Source: Methanocaldococcus jannaschii DSM 2661 (GTDB lineage: Archaea > AGJL01 > Methanococci > Methanococcales > Methanocaldococcaceae). Taken from it: DNA of 28,041 bases. The DNA lies in the NCBI RefSeq assembly GCF_000091665.1, contig NC_000909.1, positions 325,539 through 353,579 of the forward strand, written 5' to 3'. The translations under genes and the position numbers were made by a program. A model generated the notes under the pieces. It had not been told where the DNA came from, ran no database searches, and saw only the letters and a list, made by a program, of their open reading frames with translations. Below are positions 1-6,961 of the stretch, in pieces; within the stretch, counting starts at the first letter, position 1; each line of letters begins with the position of its first letter.

Positions 1-115
1 TCTTCTCCCTACCTCCTAATTTAAAATACCAAATCCAAAGCCCTATCCCAAATAATACAAGTAAGAATATGGAAAATAACGCAACAAATAAAAATGTATC
101 CACACCAATATTCAT
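1..115 (-). CDS. Small membrane protein, partial (38 aa visible: MNIGVDTFLFVALFSIFLLVLFGIGLWIWYFKLGGREK..., runs off the window edge)
   Basis: Hand translation of the minus strand from the ATG at 115-113. It has one hydrophobic helix followed by WYFKLGG, the same motif as the 41-aa ORF at 3009-3134. Too short for the ORF track. Confidence 0.4.
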   Translation of the reverse strand, partial: MNIGVDTFLFVALFSIFLLVLFGIGLWIWYFKLGGREK

Positions 116-265
116 AAACACCAACCCCTTTTACCGTTGCTATATTTTATCTTGGTTATTGGTTTTATATATTTTGGCTAAACCTTACTCTCTAAGTTTG
201 TTAATGGTAGATATTAGAAAAATTAATAGCAGAGGATAAAAAAAGAAAGACTACACCAGCAGACA

Positions 266-377
266 GTGTATTACAAAAAGAGAATACATTGAATTACAAT
301 GGCATACAAAAAAGAATACAAAAGAATACAAAGTAATACACAATAGAATACACTAAAATACAATGTCATACAAAAAT
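266..377. repeat. Three tandem ~32-bp units (281-312, 313-344, 345-376), each made of three ~10-12-bp WWTACA sub-repeats, plus a degenerate copy at 266-280
   Basis: TACA cores start at 272, 285, 295, 305, 317, 327, 337, 349, 359 and 369 (spacings 13,10,10,12,10,10,12,10,10). Units 1 and 3 are identical at 28/32 positions. Confidence 0.85.
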
Positions 378-398
378 AGCTAAATTTTAAAAATAGAT

Positions 399-866
399 TT
401 ACTCATAAGCTTCTGTTTCCTGTTTTTCCGTGTTTTCTTCTTTTACTTCTTCAATGTTTGCCATCATCCCAGCAACATTTATAGGTGGGAGTATAACCGG
501 AGGAATATTAGCGTTCGCCGTAATAGTTGAAATCAAAGCCCTAACATAAGGGAATAATATTGCAACAGAATTAATCTCTGCAAATTGTCTAACCTTATCA
601 ATCGCTTCCTCAATAACTTCAAAGAAACCCCATACTTCAACAGACAAATAAACTGGACTTTTAGCAAAATCCTTTTTCTCCCCAGCTGTTATTTTAATTA
701 TCGTTATAAATTTATTTGGCTCATTTTTATTGTATCTTATCTCTGTATCAATATTTACATTCAACCTTATCTTTTCATCTTTTTCAGGGACTTCATTTAG
801 TATAAATTCAATATGCTTAACAATATAATTGGAAAACTTTAAAGCACACTTTGGTGGAGCTTCCAT
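399..866 (-). CDS. SecB-like chaperone (155 aa)
   Basis: Same length as E. coli SecB and alignable by eye. AILFPYVRALISTITANANIPPVILPPINV matches SecB [30 protein letters not shown], and both have an acidic C-terminal tail. Last gene of a tight three-gene operon (2-nt gap to the upstream gene). Confidence 0.8.
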   Translation of the reverse strand: MEAPPKCALKFSNYIVKHIEFILNEVPEKDEKIRLNVNIDTEIRYNKNEPNKFITIIKITAGEKKDFAKSPVYLSVEVWGFFEVIEEAIDKVRQFAEINSVAILFPYVRALISTITANANIPPVILPPINVAGMMANIEEVKEENTEKQETEAYE

Positions 867-868
867 TT

Positions 869-1255
869 TTATGCCACCTCATAATTATTACAAATATGTA
901 AACTATCCTGCTGAAGGGTAATAATATAACTTGATTCTTCACCAACTTTTATATCCTCTTTAAATTTATATCCCTTCCTAAATTTACAATACATTTTATT
1001 ATCAGCATTTATTTCCTTTAAATTAATCTTAATAACAATCTGGTTGTGGGTGTTAACATTACAAGTTTGGGACTTCATTATTATCTCTCGATATTTAGCA
1101 ATATCCTCTTCAGTTAAGACCTCATCTGTAGCTAATGGACCTGGCTTTATCTTCCCAAACCCACACTCAATTAAATCCCTCTCAAATTGTTCTAAATCAA
1201 TATTTTCAAAATGTTTGTAAATTCTTTTTAATTCTTTTAATAAATCAAATGTCAT
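869..1255 (-). CDS. Hypothetical 128-aa protein; candidate antitoxin/adaptor of the ART-SecB-like operon
   Basis: Sits between the ART-like gene (8-nt gap) and the SecB-like gene (2-nt gap). I recognise no family. N-terminal half looks helical, C-terminal half beta-rich. Confidence 0.6.
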   Translation of the reverse strand: MTFDLLKELKRIYKHFENIDLEQFERDLIECGFGKIKPGPLATDEVLTEEDIAKYREIIMKSQTCNVNTHNQIVIKINLKEINADNKMYCKFRKGYKFKEDIKVGEESSYIITLQQDSLHICNNYEVA

Positions 1256-1263
1256 AATCTCAC

Positions 1264-1908
1264 CTATATTCCTAAATCTTCTTTATAAATTTCAGTATAA
1301 ATTAAGAATTTATCTATTGTCTTCTCCAAATCATACCACTCCAACTTTTTTATAACACTTGGATTTTTTACACACACTTGAATCTCAGGCATAAATGTTA
1401 ATCTATGTGTTCTTTCTTTATATTTTTTATTTTTCTCACGATTTTCTATTTTTTGATATTTTTTTACGGGTATTGGAAACAAAGCTCTAACAATATCGAA
1501 TCTTTTATTATAACCCAGCTCCTTGTTCTTGAACATATAATTTATAACAACCCCTTCCGCACACATGTCTCCTCTGAGTTTATCTAACCTCAATTTCGTA
1601 GTGTTAATTAACTTATACATCATGTCAAATAGGAGTTTATGTTCAATCTTCGTTAAATCAAAAATCCTCGATTCCTCACATATAACTTCTGCTTTTATTA
1701 TTGCAAAATTTTTTAGTAATCTATTGCGGTTCTTCTCCTTATACCATATCCACTTAAACGCATGGAACTCCTCTTCATAAAAATAAATACCATCCCCAAG
1801 CCAGTGGTTATCTCCTTGGCTGGGTAGTATCTCCTTACTTTCCATTATTTTTTCTGCACTCTTTCTGTCGGTCCCATGATACAGTGTCATTCTAACATAC
1901 GACATCAT
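1264..1908 (-). CDS. PARP-like (H-Y-E class) ADP-ribosyltransferase domain protein; candidate toxin
   Basis: TLYHGTDRKSAEKIMESKEILPSQGDNHWLGDGIYFYEE aligns with the PARP catalytic core (LWHGSR...GKGIYFAD). A later PEIQVCVKNPSVI resembles the catalytic-Glu strand (NEYIVYD). The N-terminus also recalls DUF3990-type LYHG proteins. The true start may be Met7 (1890). Confidence 0.6.
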   Translation of the reverse strand: MMSYVRMTLYHGTDRKSAEKIMESKEILPSQGDNHWLGDGIYFYEEEFHAFKWIWYKEKNRNRLLKNFAIIKAEVICEESRIFDLTKIEHKLLFDMMYKLINTTKLRLDKLRGDMCAEGVVINYMFKNKELGYNKRFDIVRALFPIPVKKYQKIENREKNKKYKERTHRLTFMPEIQVCVKNPSVIKKLEWYDLEKTIDKFLIYTEIYKEDLGI

Positions 1909-1967
1909 CCACCAATATTACTAATTACCCTAATAGTGTATCAGTTCCGAACTTTCCAGTATATTTT

Positions 1968-2007
1968 ATAGTATATATACAGGAGTATATACCTGTATAT
2001 ATACTAT
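1968..2007. promoter_or_regulatory. Perfect inverted repeat (16-bp arms, 8-bp spacer) rich in TATA-like sequence, 60 bp upstream of the ART-like gene
   Basis: ATAGTATATATACAGG (1968-1983) and CCTGTATATATACTAT (1992-2007) are exact reverse complements. Confidence 0.6.
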
Positions 2008-2225
2008 TATATACTCTATCTGATACTTTCCTGCCGACACCTATATTTACTTTTCGATTAATATCAACAGGGAACCTACATAGGTAGTAATAACAGATAC
2101 TGCTGAGTATCCATAGGACCAGCAGATAATATATTAATGATTGTTGATATGCTCACAATAGGACCAGAAAAAGAGAAGTTGAAAAGTTATTTTACAGTCA
2201 AATCGTAGCATTTTAAAACAGCCAC

Positions 2226-2633
2226 TTATTCAGTCCACCAAGTTCCAACAGCAATATCATACTTAGCAACTTTTTTACCTTCCTCCCCTATAGGTCCAAT
2301 AATTTTAAATCTAAACTTTTGTCCAGGGTCAACGTCCCTATGGACGTCCATGAACTCATCAATTAAAACACCATCAGCATCATAAAATCTTGCCTTTATT
2401 TCTACAAATTTTAACCTTTTATTACCTACATTCTGAGCAACCCCTTCAACATACACAGTCCCATAATCTTTCCTAACTAAATGATGCTCTAATATCTGAA
2501 CTGGGCAAGTCTCAGTTTCTGCAGATGCGGTGCTTGAAGAATAGTCAGTTCCTCCTCCACCAGTGCAACCACATATAGCAACCACACCACATACTATACT
2601 GGCAAGTATCAAAAACACACCCAGCCTTTTCAT
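2226..2633 (-). CDS. Secreted/lipoprotein-like protein with an FxLYD-like beta domain
   Basis: N-terminal signal peptide with a Cys-containing lipobox-like motif (VVAICGCTGGGG). The C-terminal domain contains RFYDADG, reminiscent of the FxLYD domain family. Confidence 0.55.
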   Translation of the reverse strand: MKRLGVFLILASIVCGVVAICGCTGGGGTDYSSSTASAETETCPVQILEHHLVRKDYGTVYVEGVAQNVGNKRLKFVEIKARFYDADGVLIDEFMDVHRDVDPGQKFRFKIIGPIGEEGKKVAKYDIAVGTWWTE

Positions 2634-2781
2634 ACTCCCCCTCTTCGAATTTTACAATTATTCAAATGTTTCTATAATATTATATAATGATTACTATACG
2701 AGTTTAGAATATCGATGATTGTTAATGTTTATATTATTTAAATACCTACTTAGAAAAATAGAAAAATAAAAGCCCTAAGTT

Positions 2782-3012
2782 GTGGTAATTATGGATGAAA
2801 AACGGAAGCTTTTATTTGACAAAATAGCTAATGCTGGAATAGTTTTTGTTGGATACGAATTTTTATTTATGTTGTATGTCATCCTAAATACTGCATCTGG
2901 AATGATAACATTACAAACAGGTATTGTGCTATTTATAGGAGATGCCCTTGCAATACTAATAACAATCTGGCTATTATGTGCTGTTTTATATGACATCTAC
3001 AAAAAACTTTAA
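2782..3012 (+). CDS. Small membrane protein (two predicted TM helices)
   Basis: Two long hydrophobic segments, and an AT-rich TATA-like sequence ~50 nt upstream. The ATG at 2791 is an alternative start. Preferred over the overlapping antisense ORF 2775-2996. Confidence 0.45.
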   Translation: MVIMDEKRKLLFDKIANAGIVFVGYEFLFMLYVILNTASGMITLQTGIVLFIGDALAILITIWLLCAVLYDIYKKL

Positions 3013-3134
3013 TTAGTTTCTAAAGCTTTTTTACCACCCAATTTAAAATACCACAAATATAAAGCTAAAGATAACAAAACAATCAATCCCAAAGAAGCCA
3101 AACCCATAAGTGTAACTATAGTTTGATTATCCAT
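3009..3134 (-). CDS. Small membrane protein, 41 aa (MDNQTIVTLMGLASLGLIVLLSLALYLWYFKLGGKKALETN); paralog of the ORF at 1-115
   Basis: Hand translation. One TM helix plus the shared WYFKLGG(K/R) motif. Not in the ORF track because of its length. Confidence 0.45.
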   Translation of the reverse strand: MDNQTIVTLMGLASLGLIVLLSLALYLWYFKLGGKKALETN

Positions 3135-3239
3135 ACTCACCAACTCCTTTTTTCTAATTCTATAATATATCAACTATGAAATATAAGCTTTATCAATGTG
3201 TGAAGAGGTTAGTATATTAACGATTGTTGATATTTTTAA

Positions 3240-3610
3240 GGTAGTGTCCCGAGATGTGTCGGATTTAGAGATAAGGATAATTCTTTGAGATTTTACGAAA
3301 TCCTAAATAATTTATGTCCTATTTTCGGTTTAGACGTTTATTTATGAAATCGAATAATTTGGGATTATCCCTAAGGTATTCAAACTTAATTTTTCTTATT
3401 TTCTTGGTTTAGGGAATATAAACCGTTATCTAAATATATCGGTTTAAATGTCTCTAAACCGCATAAACTTAATAAATTATCCTTTTAAGTCCAGAGATGA
3501 GGACATTTTAAGCTCTTTTATAAATATGCCTCTAAACCAAAAATAAACCGTAATCCTATGAGTTTTGAGCCAAATAAGGCAAATATGTGTCCATCTCTAA
3601 ATACGATATT
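3240..3610. repeat. Non-coding region dense in GGTTTAGA / TCTAAACC-type iterons in both orientations; candidate replication origin of the element
   Basis: Plus-orientation copies at 3262-3271 (variant), 3327-3333, 3406-3412 and 3441-3447. Minus-orientation copies at 3418-3425, 3454-3460, 3532-3538, 3543-3550 and 3595-3604. Imperfect palindrome CGGTTTAAATGTCTCTAAACCG at 3440-3461. ATTTAGAGAT (3264-3273) is inverted at 3591-3603. Confidence 0.5.
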
Positions 3611-3637
3611 AGAGCCATAGTATCCTATAGAAGTAAT

Positions 3638-3961
3638 TTATGCAGTTGAATTTACAATTTTATAATTAATAACGATGTCTTGGCCTTCTCTAAGAGTATC
3701 GAAAGTTTCAATAAGATCTAATATTTCTAAAGCTCTTTTACCTCTTGGGGTTATTGAATAATATACTTTTCCAAATTTATAAGGAGATTCTCCTTCTCTT
3801 TTTTCAACGAAACCTTCATTAACTAAATCAGATAATATTGAGTCCAAAATTTTTGGATGTAAATTTAAAGTCTTCTGTAATTCACTAAAATACATATCTT
3901 TACTATTTAGTAATTTTAAAACATCCTTTACGTGTTTTTTTGCCAGTATTTTGAGTATCAT
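3638..3961 (-). CDS. Winged helix-turn-helix transcriptional regulator (ArsR/PadR-like)
   Basis: 107 aa with a typical wHTH pattern (FSELQKTLNLHPKILDSILSDLVNEGFVEKRE...YYSITPRGKRAL). Transcribed divergently from the MCM operon. Confidence 0.65.
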   Translation of the reverse strand: MILKILAKKHVKDVLKLLNSKDMYFSELQKTLNLHPKILDSILSDLVNEGFVEKREGESPYKFGKVYYSITPRGKRALEILDLIETFDTLREGQDIVINYKIVNSTA

Positions 3962-4018
3962 AATATGACCTGCCTCTTTTTGTTTTTATTGTAATTTTTT
4001 ACAACTACTTTTATTTAT

Positions 4019-4118
4019 GTGATTATTCACCAAAGCGTGATGAATCACCAAAAAATATATATATCAGTTTAATTATATTACTCACCAAATAGTGATAAAT
4101 TACTACATAGTGATAATA
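4019..4118. promoter_or_regulatory. Divergent promoter/operator region with repeated GTGA-N4-TCAC(CAAA) palindromes
   Basis: GTGATTATTCAC (4019-4030), GTGATGAATCAC (4037-4048), TCACCAAATAGTGA (4082-4095) and a further AGTGATAA at 4109-4116. Three copies are followed by CCAAA. Confidence 0.55.
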
Positions 4119-4309
4119 TGAAAATCAGAAAGAAAACATGGAGATTGCCAAAAGATGCAACAATATCATTCAAAGGAGTTGTTAAACCAATAGGAAACTC
4201 TGGAATGATCTTAATACCTAAAGATTACGTTGGATGCAAAGTTTTAGTTACAATACTTGATGAACTCGGAAATGAAGAATTTGAGATTGTAGAAACTGAG
4301 AAATCATAA
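4118..4309 (+). CDS. Small AbrB/SpoVT-like DNA-binding protein (resembles the archaeal DUF2080 'transposon-encoded' family)
   Basis: 63 aa. [22 protein letters not shown] fits the swapped-hairpin AbrB-type motif. First gene of the plus-strand operon. Confidence 0.5.
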
Positions 4310-4323
4310 ATTAGGGGATAAAC

Positions 4324-6603
4324 ATGGTTTATGATAACATAAAAAGAGAAATTATAGGCATGTTAAAAAGAATGCCTAACAAACAAGCAGATTGGGATAA
4401 TGATTTATTACCTACTTTAAAGGCAATGTTTAACCCAAAATCAGTTTCAAACGCTAAATCCCAATTAATCTCTGAAGGTGTTATATCTCAAGAAATTGTT
4501 GATGGAAAGAAAATTATAACTCTCATTAAGGACCCTTATGAGCTTCAAGCTCCCAACGTATTTGACGAGGAAATGTTCTTGGCATACTATACTGATAAAT
4601 TAAAGGAGTATTTTAAACACAAGTTATCAACTGAAGGACCAGAGTGGGATATTTTTGACGTGAAAGAATTTATAATGCACTTCCCTGAATCTGGAGATTT
4701 GAATGATAAGTTAATAGAACACCCTTATGAAGTTAGGAAATCGATAACAAATGTATATATTGAAGCTTATGAAGAATTATTCAACGAAACACCTAACGTA
4801 GAATTTATCCACATTAGAAATCCTATTGATTGTAGAATTTCCTTATCTGAATTATCATCTGCCCATAAAGGAAAATTAGTAGAGTTTAGAGCAATGATTC
4901 TCCAAGCAACGAAACTTAAACTAAGGTATGCTAAGGGATTCTATTACTGTCCAAAGTGCGGAGCTACAAAGACATTGGATTTAGGATTTTGGGATAAACC
5001 TAAAGAAGTTGGAAAGTCATTAACATGTCCTGCTGATGGCTGTGATTGTAAAGGACTAATATTTGATGAAGATTTATCTGGCAAAGTTGATTTTCAGGAG
5101 ATTAAAGTTCAAACACCATTACAGGAGTCAATATATGCAAATAAACATTCTACAACTGTCTTCTATGAATTTAACAAACCAAAGAAAGCGGTATATTCTG
5201 GGTATGTGAAGATTGTTGGAGTTCCAATTGTTAAAGAAAATAAAAACGGGAGTGTTGGAGAATTATACATTCATGCTTTTTACATTGAAAAGGATGATGA
5301 AGATATTGAAGAAATAGCTAAAAACCTCAATGAAAAAGATTTAGAGCTTATTAATAGAATTGCTAAGGATAAGAACGTTATTCAAAAGCTTTCTGACTAT
5401 GCTTTTAGGGAAGTTACTGGATATGATATGATAAAAAGAGCTGTTTTATTACAGTTGGTTAGTAGTGGGACTAATATTGACATGAGAACGTCCATCCATA
5501 TTTTGATGATTTCCGACCCTGGGGTTGGAAAATCAACATTGATGGAGTCATTAATTCAGAAGTTTCCATTTGTTAAGAAAGTTTATGCTGTTACTTCATC
5601 AGGTCCTGGATTGGTCGGGTCTGTAGTCAGGGAGAAGGCAGAGTTTGGAGATAGTTGGGTATTAAAAGCTGGGGTTTTAACTGAGGCTGATGGGGGAGTT
5701 GTTTGTATTGACGAATTTTCAAGGAATAAAGAGGTATATGATTATCTCTTGGGAGTTATGGAACAGCAGAAGATTGAGATTAACAAGGCTGGAGTTATTG
5801 ATGCAGTATTGCCAGCAAGGGTTGCTATTTTAGCAGCATGTAATCCAAGGTTTGGAAGGTTTAATCCTGATTTAACCGTATGGGAGCAGATAAACTTGCC
5901 TAAGGAGTTATTGGATAGGTTTGATTTGATTTTTGTGATTAAAGATAAGATTGATAAAAAGAAAGATGAGGATATAGCAGATTTCTCTATTGATAATTAT
6001 AATTCAAAAGTTAGAGAGAGAAAAGGAAAATCTTCGGGTAAAAAGTTTGTAATAAATGGTGTTGAGTTGAATGATGAGTTGTTGCTGAAGTATGTTCTTT
6101 ATGCAAGACAAATAGAGCCAGAAATATCAGATGAAGCTCGTAAGATTATAAAAGAGTATTATGTTTCTGTAAGAAAAATGAGCGAAGCAAAAGGAACTTT
6201 TGGAATATCTGCAAGACAGTTAGGGTCTATAATCAGATTAGCAGTTGCTCATGCAAAGTTAAGATTGTCGGAAGTTGTTAAAGCGGTTGATGCAGAAGAG
6301 GCTATAAGGTTAGTTGATACCTGCTTAAAACAAATCGCCTACGACCCTGAGAGTGGTTCAATAGACATTGACAAAATAGCTGGAACTCCGAAATCTAAGA
6401 GGGATAAGGTTGAGAAGGTTCTGAATATTATTAAGGAAATTTCTAACTCAAGAGATGACGGCTTAGCTCCTGAAGAAGAGATATATGAAAGGGCTGAAAG
6501 GGCGGGTTTATCTGAGAAGGAAGTTGAGGATGCTATTAATTATCTGAAACGGGTTGGAGACATTTATTCTCCAAAGTCGGGTTATTGGCAACTTATGTCT
6601 TGA
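4324..6603 (+). CDS. mcm: MCM-family replicative helicase, divergent element-borne copy
   Basis: Cys cluster CPKCG...CPADGCDC, Walker A DPGVGKST, Walker B CIDEF, sensor-1 AACNP, and SARQLGSIIRL (MCM arginine-finger/sensor-2 region). Confidence 0.92.
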   Translation: MVYDNIKREIIGMLKRMPNKQADWDNDLLPTLKAMFNPKSVSNAKSQLISEGVISQEIVDGKKIITLIKDPYELQAPNVFDEEMFLAYYTDKLKEYFKHKLSTEGPEWDIFDVKEFIMHFPESGDLNDKLIEHPYEVRKSITNVYIEAYEELFNETPNVEFIHIRNPIDCRISLSELSSAHKGKLVEFRAMILQATKLKLRYAKGFYYCPKCGATKTLDLGFWDKPKEVGKSLTCPADGCDCKGLIFDEDLSGKVDFQEIKVQTPLQESIYANKHSTTVFYEFNKPKKAVYSGYVKIVGVPIVKENKNGSVGELYIHAFYIEKDDEDIEEIAKNLNEKDLELINRIAKDKNVIQKLSDYAFREVTGYDMIKRAVLLQLVSSGTNIDMRTSIHILMISDPGVGKSTLMESLIQKFPFVKKVYAVTSSGPGLVGSVVREKAEFGDSWVLKAGVLTEADGGVVCIDEFSRNKEVYDYLLGVMEQQKIEINKAGVIDAVLPARVAILAACNPRFGRFNPDLTVWEQINLPKELLDRFDLIFVIKDKIDKKKDEDIADFSIDNYNSKVRERKGKSSGKKFVINGVELNDELLLKYVLYARQIEPEISDEARKIIKEYYVSVRKMSEAKGTFGISARQLGSIIRLAVAHAKLRLSEVVKAVDAEEAIRLVDTCLKQIAYDPESGSIDIDKIAGTPKSKRDKVEKVLNIIKEISNSRDDGLAPEEEIYERAERAGLSEKEVEDAINYLKRVGDIYSPKSGYWQLMS

Positions 6604-6612
6604 TAATCAGAG

Positions 6613-6957
6613 GTGGGGAGTATGATTGAAATTAATTTCTCTCACGATTATTTCAAATTAAGAGAACAGAGATTTACAACAATTAGAAGCAAGCATTATC
6701 TGAAAAATAAGGGTTTGAGAGTTGGAGATGTTGTAAAAATTAAACATCCAAGTGGAGAGTTTCCTGCTAAAATCGTTGGAGTTGAGGTTAAAAGAATTTG
6801 TGATATTCCTTTAGAAATATTAAAGAAAGATGCAGAATTCGAAGGTTTTAACATAAAAACACATCAAGATTTTGTAGATTTGCTTAATAGTTTTATCCCT
6901 TACAAGTCTAATAAATTGACGACTGAAAAAGCCATTATTTACTTAGAAAGAGTGTGA
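6613..6957 (+). CDS. ASCH/PUA-like domain protein
   Basis: 114 aa. The N-terminal YFKLREQRFTTIRS...VGDVVKI pattern resembles ASCH/DUF3850-type domains. 9-nt gap after mcm. Confidence 0.45.
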   Translation: MGSMIEINFSHDYFKLREQRFTTIRSKHYLKNKGLRVGDVVKIKHPSGEFPAKIVGVEVKRICDIPLEILKKDAEFEGFNIKTHQDFVDLLNSFIPYKSNKLTTEKAIIYLERV

Positions 6958-6961
6958 TAGC

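Noticed and set aside
585-1780. Plus-strand ORFs 585-800, 1405-1587 and 1565-1780
   Set aside because: They are antisense to the SecB-like and ART-like genes. Their Phe/Ile/Leu-rich products are typical of antisense AT-rich coding sequence.
2775-2996. 73-aa minus-strand ORF overlapping the 2782-3012 plus-strand ORF
   Set aside because: The plus-strand product has two clean TM helices and a plausible upstream TATA, while the minus-strand product has no features. Only one is likely real, and this choice remains uncertain.
4536-4548. 13-nt identity between spacer 1 (26190-26202, reverse complement) and the element's mcm gene, a possible self-targeting spacer
   Set aside because: The match does not extend into flanking bases on either side. 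A few 13-mers are expected by chance in AT-rich sequence across this many comparisons. By eye, no other spacer matched the window.
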